Below, one piece after another: positions 48,083 to 57,660 of a DNA stretch of 64,000 bases. Location of the stretch: NCBI GenBank assembly GCA_965203525.1, contig OZ241898.1:862164-926163 (forward strand), read 5' to 3'. How positions within the stretch are numbered: position 1 is the stretch's first letter; each line of letters opens with the position of its first letter. The DNA comes from Vicinamibacterales bacterium (GTDB lineage Bacteria; Acidobacteriota; Vicinamibacteria; Vicinamibacterales; UBA8438). The translations under genes and the position numbers were made by a program. The notes beneath the pieces were generated by a model. That model had not been told where the DNA came from. It saw only the letters and a list, made by a program, of their open reading frames with translations, and did no database searches.

Positions 48083-51000
48083 ATGACCCATCTCGCCGCG
48101 GACCCGCCGGCCGACAGTGTCTCCGTGCGGCGCGGTCTGTGCGACGCCCTGCGGATCGATCTCGTCGGCCCGCGGCCCGAGGATGCGGCGTTGCAGCGCG
48201 AGCGCCTGCCGCAGGCGCCGTCGCGATGGTATCTGACGGGTTTTCTGGTTCCCAGCGACGCTCCGGAAGAGCAACGGGCGCAGGACAGCGAGGAGGAGCT
48301 CGACGAGCCGGCCGAGCCGGTCCATGGCGGCGACGATTCGGGCACGCCGGACCGGGGCGGCCACAAGCGCCGCTTCCTGCCTTCGTCGATGGGGTTCAGC
48401 ATCCTGGCGGATGCGGAGACCAGGCGCCTCGAGGTGGCCGTGTCGTGGGGCGACTACGCACCGGACGCCGGTGCGCGGGACACGCCGCCGGACGAGCGCG
48501 CCGCGCCGGATGCCGTCCGCGCAGACGAAGGACCGGGCAGCGGCCGGCGGACCCGTCGTCTCGCTCCGTGGGTGCGCCGGCCGGGTGCCGGCGCGGTGGC
48601 CGTCGATCTGGATGCCGTCCCCTCCGGCCGGCCGACCCCGTTCAGGCTGCCGGGCGGCGGTGGGCTTGCCGTGGTCTGCCTCGTTCGGCCGACCCGGGTG
48701 CGGACCCTCGAAGGATTCCGGGACGCCCGGGCGATTTCGCTGTTCACGGTGAACCGCCGGCCGCCGGCGCCGGACGACGACGAGCAGGACGTCGCGTTCG
48801 CGTTTCAGGTCGAGATGCGCGTCGAGGCGGATCGGCCGTTGATCCCGCGCGGGAACCTGAACGGTCTGGACAGTCCGGATTGGGACGAACGCCTCGCCGA
48901 TCTGCATTACCGCGACGTCGCCGAGTACGCGGTCGGCCACAACGTTTCCACCCGCGCCGACGTCGCCGGCGGCGCATGCCGCCGGGTGCGGACCGAATGG
49001 ATGCCGCACGCGGGCGTGCCGCGGGTCGAACCGGCGCCGATAGATGCCGTCGAGTTCGGCATGGAGACTCTTGGCGGCCTCGACGGCGCGCCGGCCGCGA
49101 AGGCGTGTCTCGAACCGCTGGTGGAGCAGTACCGCGGCTGGGTCGCCGGGCAACGACGGGACGCGGCGGCGTTCGCCGGCCGCCGCCGGGAGGTCGCCGA
49201 CGAGCTGGTGCGAAGGGCGGACGCCGCCGCGGACCGCATCCGGGCCGGCATCGAGCTGCTGGCCGAACCGGACGTGCTCGACGCGTTCCGCGTCGCCAAC
49301 CGGGCGCTGGCCGCCGCCGCGCGCCGGCGGCGCGCGCTGGAGGAAAGGAAGCGGCCCGGGGACGTGGCGGCCCCGGCGTGGCGTCCGTTCCAGCTTGCCT
49401 ACGTCCTGATGAACCTGCGCGGCATCGCCGCGCCCACGCATCCCGAGCGCGACGTCGTCGACCTGCTGTTCTTTCCGACCGGCGGCGGCAAGACCGAAGC
49501 CTATCTGGGACTGTCCGCCTTTACCTTGGTACTCCGCCGCTTGCGCCATCCGGGTCCCGCCAGCCGGGGACTGTCGGTGCTGATGCGCTACACGCTGCGT
49601 CTGCTGACGCTCGACCAGCTCGGCCGGGCCGCGGCGCTGATCTGCGCCCTGGAGCTCGAACGCGGGCGCGCCCCGGAACGTCTGGGCGAGTGGCCGTTCG
49701 AGATCGCCCTGTGGGTCGGGCGCGCGGCGACGCCGAACCGCATGGGCCGCAAGGGCGACAGGAGCGACAGGTCGGCCCGCGTGAAGACCCTGCGCTACGC
49801 GCGCGACTCGTCGCGGGAACCGCCGCTGCCCCTGGAGCAATGCCCGTGGTGCGGCACGCGGTTCGGGAAGCGGTCGTTCCGGCTGCATCCCGACACCAGC
49901 GCGCCGACCGATCTGTTCGTCCACTGCGCCAGTCGGCGTTGCGAATTCTCCCGGAAGCGCCTGCCGATCGTGGCGGTGGACGAGCCGATCTACCGCCGCC
50001 TGCCCGCGTTCATGATCGCGACCGCGGACAAGTTCGCGGCGTTGCCGTGGACCGGCGAGACCGCACGCTTCTTCCACGGCGGCGACCCGCGCGACCCGAA
50101 GCCGCCCGACCTGATCGTCCAGGACGAGCTGCACCTCATCTCCGGGCCGCTCGGCACGATGGCCGGCCTCTACGAGACCGCGATCGACCGCCTGTGCGCG
50201 CGGCGGGTCGGCGGCGAGACCGTCCGCCCCAAGGTGATCGCCTCGACCGCCACGGTGCGCCTGGCGCAAAAGCAGATCCGGGCGCTGTTCGACCGGCGGC
50301 AGGTCGCGGTGTTCCCGGCCCCGGGACTCGACCGGCGCGACTCGTTCTTCGCCCGGGAGGCGTCGGAAAGTCCCGCCGACGTGCGCTTGTATGTCGGCGT
50401 CGCCGCGCAGGGCCGGGGGCCGCGGGTCGTCTTCCTGCGCAGCATGATCACGTTGATGGCGGCGGCGCAGGCGGGCTGGGACGCGACCGGACCCGGCGGC
50501 GGCTCCAACCCCGCCGATCCGTACATGACGGCCGTCGCCTACTTCAACGCGCTGCGGGAGCTGGGCAGCGCGCGGCGGATCGTGGAGGACGAGATCGGAG
50601 CGCGGCTGTCGTCCTACGCCGAGCGCAAGCGCCCGGGCGAGACCGCGGGCCTGTTCGCCGACCGGCGGATCGCATTCGAGCCGGTCGAGCTGACCTCGCG
50701 CGTGGGAACTTCCGAAGTCGCGGACGCGAAGCGCAGGCTCGCCCTCGACTTCCACCAGAAACAGCGGGTCGACGTGGCGCTGGCGACGAACATGATCTCG
50801 GTCGGTCTCGACGTCACGCGTCTCGGGCTGATGCTCGTCGCCGGCCAGCCGAAGACCGCCTCCGAGTACATCCAGGCCACGAGCCGCGTCGGGCGCGACC
50901 CGGCACGGCCCGGCCTCGTGGTGACGCTGCTGAACGTCCACAAGCCGCGGGACCGCTCGCACTACGAACGGTTCCCGGCCTTTCACGAGTCGTTCTACCG

Positions 51001-51487
51001 GAACGTCGAGGCGACGAGCGTCACCCCGTTCTCGTCCCGGGCGCTGGACCGCGGACTGCCCGCGGTCTCCGTCGCCCTCGCGCGGCTCGGGATCCCCGGC
51101 CTGACGCCGAACCCGGCGGCCCGGAACGTCGAGGCCCATCACGCGGAGACGGACGCCATCGCCGGGGCGGTGGGCGAACGGGCGCAACGGCACGCGGACG
51201 GGCTGCCGGCCGGGGTGGAGCAGACGGTGCAAGACCGCGTGCGGAGTCTCGTCGACGACTGGGCGGGGCTCGCCCGGGAAGCCGGACAGGTGGGCGTGAC
51301 GTTCGGATACGCCCGCGGGCTTGGCGAACAGGTGTCCACGCCGCTCCTGCGCGAGATGATCGACCCCGACCGGGAGACGCTCAGCGAGCGACAGCTTCGC
51401 TTCCGCGCGCCGCGATCCTTGCGGGACGTCGAGCCGGGCGTGCTGCTCGGCATCAAGACGCCGGAGGGGAAGGACGTCGGCACGTAG
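48083..51487 (+). CDS. drmA: DISARM helicase DrmA
   Basis: PSRWYLTGFL, PSSMG, WRPFQLA, FPTGGGKTEAYLG, MRYTLRLLTLDQ, QDELH, ATNMISVGLD, YIQATSRVGR, RDRSHYE. Confidence 0.93.
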   Translation: MTHLAADPPADSVSVRRGLCDALRIDLVGPRPEDAALQRERLPQAPSRWYLTGFLVPSDAPEEQRAQDSEEELDEPAEPVHGGDDSGTPDRGGHKRRFLPSSMGFSILADAETRRLEVAVSWGDYAPDAGARDTPPDERAAPDAVRADEGPGSGRRTRRLAPWVRRPGAGAVAVDLDAVPSGRPTPFRLPGGGGLAVVCLVRPTRVRTLEGFRDARAISLFTVNRRPPAPDDDEQDVAFAFQVEMRVEADRPLIPRGNLNGLDSPDWDERLADLHYRDVAEYAVGHNVSTRADVAGGACRRVRTEWMPHAGVPRVEPAPIDAVEFGMETLGGLDGAPAAKACLEPLVEQYRGWVAGQRRDAAAFAGRRREVADELVRRADAAADRIRAGIELLAEPDVLDAFRVANRALAAAARRRRALEERKRPGDVAAPAWRPFQLAYVLMNLRGIAAPTHPERDVVDLLFFPTGGGKTEAYLGLSAFTLVLRRLRHPGPASRGLSVLMRYTLRLLTLDQLGRAAALICALELERGRAPERLGEWPFEIALWVGRAATPNRMGRKGDRSDRSARVKTLRYARDSSREPPLPLEQCPWCGTRFGKRSFRLHPDTSAPTDLFVHCASRRCEFSRKRLPIVAVDEPIYRRLPAFMIATADKFAALPWTGETARFFHGGDPRDPKPPDLIVQDELHLISGPLGTMAGLYETAIDRLCARRVGGETVRPKVIASTATVRLAQKQIRALFDRRQVAVFPAPGLDRRDSFFAREASESPADVRLYVGVAAQGRGPRVVFLRSMITLMAAAQAGWDATGPGGGSNPADPYMTAVAYFNALRELGSARRIVEDEIGARLSSYAERKRPGETAGLFADRRIAFEPVELTSRVGTSEVADAKRRLALDFHQKQRVDVALATNMISVGLDVTRLGLMLVAGQPKTASEYIQATSRVGRDPARPGLVVTLLNVHKPRDRSHYERFPAFHESFYRNVEATSVTPFSSRALDRGLPAVSVALARLGIPGLTPNPAARNVEAHHAETDAIAGAVGERAQRHADGLPAGVEQTVQDRVRSLVDDWAGLAREAGQVGVTFGYARGLGEQVSTPLLREMIDPDRETLSERQLRFRAPRSLRDVEPGVLLGIKTPEGKDVGT

Positions 51488-51496
51488 GCGGTTTCG

Positions 51497-53296
51497 ATGC
51501 CCGACAACGTCGTTCGTCAGAGCCAGTTGATCACCATCTGGGGACCGGGAGCGATGATCGACCTGCCCGAGTACTCGGTCATCGTGTCGGGTCTGCAGGA
51601 CTGGGCCGCTTTGCGGCGCGAGAAGGTGAACGAACCCCGGCTGGCCGCGAAGCTCCGGCGGATTCTGGAAACGCCGGTGCTCGATCTGTTCACGCCGCCG
51701 CGCCACGAAGAGAACGCGCAGCGTACGGCGCCGGTGGGCGCGCGGATCTTTCCCACCTGGTTCATCGTCAAGGACGCCCGGCCCGCGCCGGGGAACCCGC
51801 GGTGGCGCCGGCGCCGGCTGGTGCGCTGGGATCAGTTGCACAGGCGCAGATTCGTCGAAGACGGCGATCGCAAGGCGGTGGTGCCGGTGCGTTTCGTGGC
51901 GGCGTGCAGGAAGGGGCACATCGACGATCTGAACTGGCGGGCGTTCGTGCACCCGGGGGGCAGGCCGTGCGAGCGTCCGCTGTGGATCGAGGAGCGGGGC
52001 ACGAGCGGCGACATCGTCGACACCTGGGCCGTGTGCGAGTGCGGCTCGGAACGCTCGCTCTACGAAGCGGCGGGGGGCGGAACCGGCGCGCTGGGGCGGT
52101 GCGCCGGCAAGCGGCCCTGGATCGGACAGTTCGCGCGGGAGACGTGCGGGGAGCCGTACCGCCTGCTGGTGCGGACGGCCAGCAACGCCTACTTTCCGCA
52201 GACGATGAGCGTCATCTCGCTGCCGGAGTGCGACGCGGGGCTGGCGGCCAGGGTATCGCAGCACCGGGATCGCCTGAAAGCCGCGGACGATCTGGGCGCC
52301 CTGGAGATTTTCCGCAGGCTTCCCGAGCTGGCCGCGGCGTTCGCCGGCGTCGACGATGCTGCCGTCATCGCCGAGTACCGCCGGCAACAGGGCGGAGCCG
52401 AGGACGTGCCGGTCAAGGACGCCGAGTTCGAGATTCTCGACAAGGGCGACGCCCGCATCGGCGATGACGATCCACGTTCGGAGTTCTTCGCGGAGACGCT
52501 GGACCGCGCCGCGTGGGACGGGGATGGCGACCCGTTGCTCGAAGCCGCCGACAAGCTGGTGCTGGCGCATCGACTGCGCGAGGTGGTGGCCTTGCTGGGG
52601 TTCACGCGCTTCGAGGCGATCGGTCCGGACAAGGACGGCGAGGTCGACCTGGACGTGGAGAGGGCGGCGCTCGCCGAGGCGATCACCTGGCTGCCGGCCG
52701 TCGAGAACCGCGGCGAGGGCATGTTCGTTTCCTTCGGCGCGCGCAGCGTGACCGGATGGCTCGAGCGGCCCGCCGTCCGGGAGCGCGGGCGCCGGTTGGA
52801 GAACGCGTGGCAAGCCTGGGCCGTGGAACGGGGCCGCCCGCGGGATGGATTTCCCGGCCTGCCGTACGTGATGCTGCACTCGCTGGCGCACATGCTGATG
52901 ACTTCAATCGCCCTGGACTGCGGCTATCCCGCCAGCTCTCTGCGCGAACGGGTGTACGCCGGCGACGGCCGCTACGGCATCCTGATCTACACGGGGTCGT
53001 CGGACTCGGAGGGCACGCTGGGCGGGCTGATCGAGACCGGCCGGCGCTTCGCCGGCCATCTGCGCCGCGCCCTGCGGGACAATCTGCTGTGTTCCAACGA
53101 CCCGGTCTGCGCCGAGCACGATCCGGGCACGCCATACGCAGGCCGGCCGCTGCACGGCGCCGCCTGTCATGGATGCCTGCTGATCGCCGAGACGAGCTGC
53201 GAGCAGCGCAACGACTTCCTCGACCGGGCGCTCGTCGTGCCCACGGTCGGCGCGTCGGCTGCCGCGTTCTTCGACGCGGAGCACCTGGAGCCATGA
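51497..53296 (+). CDS. drmB: DISARM DUF1998 protein DrmB
   Basis: RQSQLITIWGPG, C..GHIDD, ASNAYFP, HSLAH, SEGTLGGL, CSNDPVC...AACHGC...ETSCE. Confidence 0.93.
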   Translation: MPDNVVRQSQLITIWGPGAMIDLPEYSVIVSGLQDWAALRREKVNEPRLAAKLRRILETPVLDLFTPPRHEENAQRTAPVGARIFPTWFIVKDARPAPGNPRWRRRRLVRWDQLHRRRFVEDGDRKAVVPVRFVAACRKGHIDDLNWRAFVHPGGRPCERPLWIEERGTSGDIVDTWAVCECGSERSLYEAAGGGTGALGRCAGKRPWIGQFARETCGEPYRLLVRTASNAYFPQTMSVISLPECDAGLAARVSQHRDRLKAADDLGALEIFRRLPELAAAFAGVDDAAVIAEYRRQQGGAEDVPVKDAEFEILDKGDARIGDDDPRSEFFAETLDRAAWDGDGDPLLEAADKLVLAHRLREVVALLGFTRFEAIGPDKDGEVDLDVERAALAEAITWLPAVENRGEGMFVSFGARSVTGWLERPAVRERGRRLENAWQAWAVERGRPRDGFPGLPYVMLHSLAHMLMTSIALDCGYPASSLRERVYAGDGRYGILIYTGSSDSEGTLGGLIETGRRFAGHLRRALRDNLLCSNDPVCAEHDPGTPYAGRPLHGAACHGCLLIAETSCEQRNDFLDRALVVPTVGASAAAFFDAEHLEP

Positions 53297-53537
53297 GCGT
53301 TCCCGACGCCCTGCAGCCCGTGGTGAAACCCCGCGTCGCACCGAGACGGGCGGGGCGCCCGGCTGACAAGGCGTGAGGAGGGAGCATAATTGGCCATATG
53401 CGACCGACGAACAACGCAGTTCAGCCGGGATGCAGCCGCCCGTCGAATGCAGCGGGGATTCGCCACGGGCTGCTTGCGCGCGTCGGGACCCGAGCCGCGC
53501 CGGCAGATGCGGCGGCGCGGCTGATGGTGCAAGCCCT

Positions 53538-54062
53538 TCAGTCCAGCCGTTCGGCGCGGGTCACCTGCAGGACCGTCGCCTGCGCGCAACCGGACGACTC
53601 GCTCAGGGTCGCCTCGACCAGAACCTCGTCTCCCGCCGCAAGCCCCCGCACGGCGCCGGTCAGCGCGTAAAGCTCCCGGTCCTCGCCCGCTTCGCGCAGG
53701 GTCGGACAGCCGCCCGCCTCGCCGGCGATCCGCCCCCGGCGCCGCAACGTCCCGTCCGGGTCCGTGACGTGGAAGGCGGCGGAGACCGCCAGCGGCCGGA
53801 AGTAGACGTCGACGAGCACGAAGTAGTGGGTACGGTCCGCCGTCGCCCAGTCCGGCACCTCGACGACGGCCGACATCTCGCCGCGCTCGCTGGTGACGAG
53901 CCGGCTGAGCACCTCGAAGCTGGAGCGGGTCGCCCCCATGCCCAGATAGACCGGCGTGAGGGCCGGGAGATCCCGGCTCTCCACGGTCACCGCGGCGCCG
54001 GGCGCGCCGCTGCGCGGGGAGAACACCGGGGCGCGGGTGTGGACCGGGTCGAGCGGCTGCAC
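53538..54062 (-). CDS. Hypothetical protein
   Basis: Plausible codon usage and globular composition; no family recognised. Start uncertain. Confidence 0.5.
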   Translation of the reverse strand: MQPLDPVHTRAPVFSPRSGAPGAAVTVESRDLPALTPVYLGMGATRSSFEVLSRLVTSERGEMSAVVEVPDWATADRTHYFVLVDVYFRPLAVSAAFHVTDPDGTLRRRGRIAGEAGGCPTLREAGEDRELYALTGAVRGLAAGDEVLVEATLSESSGCAQATVLQVTRAERLD

Positions 54063-54183
54063 GGCGGCACCATCCTACCGCCCGGCCGGCGCCGGGTCCA
54101 GCGGGATGCTGCGGCGGCGCGGCCGATGGTGTAAACTCGCGGGCGGGACGCATCTGCCGGCGCGGCCGGCGAGGAGACGAGGA

Positions 54184-55485
54184 ATGACCACGTTTGCACG
54201 CATCGTGTCGGCGGCGGCGGTGATCGGCGTCGTGATCGGAGCGGCGGGTCCGGCGGCGGCGGCCAACGAAGCCGCGGTGACGTACTACAAGGACGTGCTG
54301 CCGATCGTCCAGGAGAACTGCCAGGCCTGTCACCGGCCGTCGGGCTACAACATCAGCGGCCTGGTGGCGCCGATGGCGTTCATGACCTACGACGAGACGC
54401 GCCCGTGGGCCCGCGCGATCGCCCGCAAGGTGGAGTCGCGCGAGATGCCGCCCTGGTTCGCGTCCGCGCCCGAGGGGGTCTTCGAGAACGAGCGCAGCCT
54501 GACCGACGCCGAGATCGACACGATCCTGCGCTGGGCCGACGCGGGCGCGCCCGCCGGCGACCGGGCCGATGCGCCGGCGCCGCCGGCCTGGGCGGAGGAT
54601 CTGCATGACGGGTGGTCGCACGGCACGCCGGACTTCGTCGTGCGCATGGAAGAGCCGTTCGTGGTGCCGGACGACGCCTACGACATCAACATCTCGTTCG
54701 ACGCCCGGATCCCGGAGGACGTGCTGGCGGAGGACGTCTGGGTGCGGGGTTGGGAGCTGCGCACCGGCGCCGAGGGTTCGGGCGTGCACCACATGTGCGC
54801 GTTCGTGCGGCCGGAGGACGGCAAGGTCCTCACCGGCGCGAACAAGTCGGCCGTCGCGCTGGGCGGACTGCTGAGCTGCGTCGCCGAAGGCGCCGAGTCG
54901 GGGATGCTGCCCGACGGCTACGGCCTGCTCGTGAAGAAGGGCTCGGTCGTCAACTTCAACATGCACTTCAACAAGGAGCCGGGCCCCGGGACGGCGTTCA
55001 CGAGCCAGGCGGAGGTCGGGTTCTTCGTCGAGGAGCGGCCGGTGGCCCATCAGGTCATCACCGACACCCTGGGCAACAACGGGTTCGAGATCCCGCCGAA
55101 CCACGCGAACTACCGGATCGGCATGGCCCGCACGCTCGAGAAGGACATCCTGGTCCTCAACTACTGGCCGCACGCGCACCTGCGTGCGAAGGCGGCGCGC
55201 TACACCGCCTTCTATCCCGACGGCACCGAGGAGCTGCTGCTCGACGTGCCGCGGTACGACCAGAGCTGGCAGGTGACCTACAAGTACCGGGAGCCGAAGC
55301 TGCTGCCGAAGGGCACCCGCATCGAGGCGAGCTTCTGGTACGACAACACCGAGAACCGCGGGGTGCGCCGCGGCTTCAACGCCGACCTCAGCGTCGGGTT
55401 CGGCCAGCGGACCAACGACGAGATGGCGCTCGGGTTCATCAGCTACGCCGAGCTCGGCGGCGACTCGACGACGAACGAGAACTAG
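54184..55485 (+). CDS. Secreted cytochrome c + copper type II monooxygenase-like protein
   Basis: Signal peptide, CQACH heme motif, MPPW, VHH, HAHLR, and a C-terminal TNDEM. Confidence 0.75.
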   Translation: MTTFARIVSAAAVIGVVIGAAGPAAAANEAAVTYYKDVLPIVQENCQACHRPSGYNISGLVAPMAFMTYDETRPWARAIARKVESREMPPWFASAPEGVFENERSLTDAEIDTILRWADAGAPAGDRADAPAPPAWAEDLHDGWSHGTPDFVVRMEEPFVVPDDAYDINISFDARIPEDVLAEDVWVRGWELRTGAEGSGVHHMCAFVRPEDGKVLTGANKSAVALGGLLSCVAEGAESGMLPDGYGLLVKKGSVVNFNMHFNKEPGPGTAFTSQAEVGFFVEERPVAHQVITDTLGNNGFEIPPNHANYRIGMARTLEKDILVLNYWPHAHLRAKAARYTAFYPDGTEELLLDVPRYDQSWQVTYKYREPKLLPKGTRIEASFWYDNTENRGVRRGFNADLSVGFGQRTNDEMALGFISYAELGGDSTTNEN

Positions 55486-55568
55486 CCGGCCGGCGCGGCT
55501 TCGTCCGCGAAGCCGACCAGACTTGCCGGGGCGGGCCCGACCGGGGGCCCGCCCCGGGAGTACCGATC

Positions 55569-55781
55569 ATGGCAGTCGAAGTGAAGATGACGTTGTCCGA
55601 ACGCGACGTGGAGCGCGTGGAGAGCCTGCGGGACATGCTGCATGCGCAGAACAAGGCGTTCGCCGTACTGGCCGCGGTCGACATCAGCCATACCTTGGCG
55701 CAGAAAGTCAAGGAGGGCGGGACGTTGCTGATCCGCAACCGCGACGGACGCGTGGAGCAGGTCGTGATCAACGGTCTGTGA
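55569..55781 (+). CDS. Small protein, possible RHH-type DNA-binding protein
   Basis: MAVEVKMTLSERDVERVESLRDML...GGTLLIRNRDGRVEQVVI shows a beta-alpha-alpha pattern. GGGAG RBS upstream. Confidence 0.5.
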   Translation: MAVEVKMTLSERDVERVESLRDMLHAQNKAFAVLAAVDISHTLAQKVKEGGTLLIRNRDGRVEQVVINGL

Positions 55782-55785
55782 TGCC

Positions 55786-56061
55786 GTGTCTGTTCCCGTT
55801 TCGAAGCCCAGTGACGACTGGGGTGACACCAGCAAAGCCAGCAAAGCCAGCCCTGTAGGCAGGGTAACGCTTCGGCCGGCGTACGAGAACGACGTCTGGT
55901 TCTATCGGATCCTGGTCATCGCGCTCGGCGGGGCCGTGTTGCTGTCAGTGGGGGGCGCGGTCCTCATCGCAGTCATGGGGAAACAGGTTCCCGAAGTGCT
56001 GGTGGCTGTCGGGTCGGCTGCCGTGGGCGCGCTTGCCGGCGTGTTCACGATGAAACGATGA
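55786..56061 (+). CDS. Small two-TM membrane protein
   Basis: YRILVIALGGAVLLSVGGAVLIAV and PEVLVAVGSAAVGALAGVF. Confidence 0.6.
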   Translation: MSVPVSKPSDDWGDTSKASKASPVGRVTLRPAYENDVWFYRILVIALGGAVLLSVGGAVLIAVMGKQVPEVLVAVGSAAVGALAGVFTMKR

Positions 56062-56125
56062 CCGATCGCTCTTGCGATTCGTTCCATCCGCCGCCCGGCG
56101 GGCGGCGGAGGCTGGCGGAGGACCG

Positions 56126-57493
56126 ATGCGCCCGTTGAGAACCGTTCTGCCGGCGTGCGGACTCGGCGCATGCCTGCTGGTTCCGGCGCCTGCCGGGGCC
56201 GGTCAGGACGGCGCGGATTCCGCGCCGGCGGATGTCATCCGCACCGAACTCACCCTGAACCTGCGCCCGGTCGCGGTCTCCTTCGAGCCGGGGCTCGGCG
56301 CCGGAGATCCGGCCCACCGGGAGCTGCTCGCGGGCAGCGGGTCCGCGTCCGGCGCGCCGGTCCGCGTTGGCGAGATCGAGGTCATGCCGCGGCTGCGCAT
56401 CGGCACGCTCGACGGCACGGCGCCGGGCGGCAGCGAATCGCCGAATCCCGCGACGGCCACCTACGCGCTCTGGCTGGCGCGCAGCGGCGCGGACTGGTCG
56501 CTCGAGCTGCGGCCCCCCGCGGACGGCGACGAAACCGGCGAAGCCGATGCGGAGGGCGATGCCGTGATCGGCAGCATCCCGCTGACCCGCGAGGCGGCCG
56601 GGACGAGAGAGACCTTCTCCGCCGCGCTGGTCCCGACCGCGGACGATGCGGGGCGCCTGCTGCTGCGCTGGCACGACCATCGCTGGGCGGCCGACTTCCA
56701 CTTCGCGGATCCTCCCGCGCCGGACGAGGAGGATGCCGGCGATTCGGAAGCGGACGGAGAAGAAACGGAGGCGCTCGAACCGGAGGAGGGCGGCGGGCGT
56801 CCGGACGAGGGCGGTGCCGAGTCGGCGGCGAACGAACCCGGGCGCGGCGCAGGGTCGGAGCGGGACGAACCCGGGCGCGGCGCCGAGTCGGAGCGGGACG
56901 AACCTGAGGAAGACGCCGGGCCGGACGAGGACGACGGGCCGCGCGTGGCCAACGACAGGGAATCCCTGGAGTTCGACTCCGACACGAGCGCCGGCTCCCG
57001 CCTCCTGCGGCTCAGCGAGCGGCACGAGACGGCGGTCGAGCTGCCGCCGGGCGCGCGCGTTTCCGTGCTCGTCTGGCAGGAGCAGAGCGTCGAGCACGCG
57101 GACTTCGCCGCGCTGGCGGCGCTGGCCGAGGGCGAGGTGGTGCGTCTGACCGAGGCGGCGGTCCTGCGCCTCCGGAGCGAGGCCGCGCTGCAGTTCGGAG
57201 ACGTGACGGTGCCGACCGGCAATCTAAGTCCGGGCTTTCCCGGCTCCTACGGTCTCTGGCTGAAGCGCGGCGCCGGCGGCTGGCGCCTGGTGTTCAACCA
57301 CGAGGCGGACTCGTGGGGGACGCAGCACGATCCGGCGTTCGACGCCGCGGAGATCGACGTGGCGCACTCCGAGGACGGCCTTGCGACCCGGCCGCTCGGC
57401 GCGGCGCTCCTGCCGGCCACGGCGCGCTCCGGGCGGCTCGTCATCCACTGGGGCCCCCACGACTGGGCGGCCGACTTCACCGTCCCCGAGTGA
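56126..57493 (+). CDS. Secreted protein with two DUF2911-like domains and an acidic linker
   Basis: Signal peptide. Two similar halves (YxLWL...W.L...GRLxxxWxxHxWAADF) joined by a D/E-rich linker with 11-aa repeats. DSWGTQHDP motif. Confidence 0.6.
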   Translation: MRPLRTVLPACGLGACLLVPAPAGAGQDGADSAPADVIRTELTLNLRPVAVSFEPGLGAGDPAHRELLAGSGSASGAPVRVGEIEVMPRLRIGTLDGTAPGGSESPNPATATYALWLARSGADWSLELRPPADGDETGEADAEGDAVIGSIPLTREAAGTRETFSAALVPTADDAGRLLLRWHDHRWAADFHFADPPAPDEEDAGDSEADGEETEALEPEEGGGRPDEGGAESAANEPGRGAGSERDEPGRGAESERDEPEEDAGPDEDDGPRVANDRESLEFDSDTSAGSRLLRLSERHETAVELPPGARVSVLVWQEQSVEHADFAALAALAEGEVVRLTEAAVLRLRSEAALQFGDVTVPTGNLSPGFPGSYGLWLKRGAGGWRLVFNHEADSWGTQHDPAFDAAEIDVAHSEDGLATRPLGAALLPATARSGRLVIHWGPHDWAADFTVPE

Positions 57494-57660
57494 ACCGCGG
57501 CGCCGGGTTTCTGTCCCGGCGCCACGGACGCCCTGCCGACCCGGGCGCCCCGGGTCGTTTTCGGCGCGGAGGCACTTTCGGTTCGCCGCCGGTCTGCCGT
57601 TCCCCCCGCGCGCACTTCATTTTTCTTGAAATTCACCGGATCGAAACCTACAATGCCCGG

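Noticed and set aside
46949-52891. 1980-aa minus-strand ORF and similar very long alternative-frame ORFs (e.g. 2711-6289, 17211-20264, 47980-52467)
   Set aside because: Expected stop-poor shadows in very high-GC DNA opposite or overlapping motif-bearing genes. Only the last 117 codons of this ORF look real.
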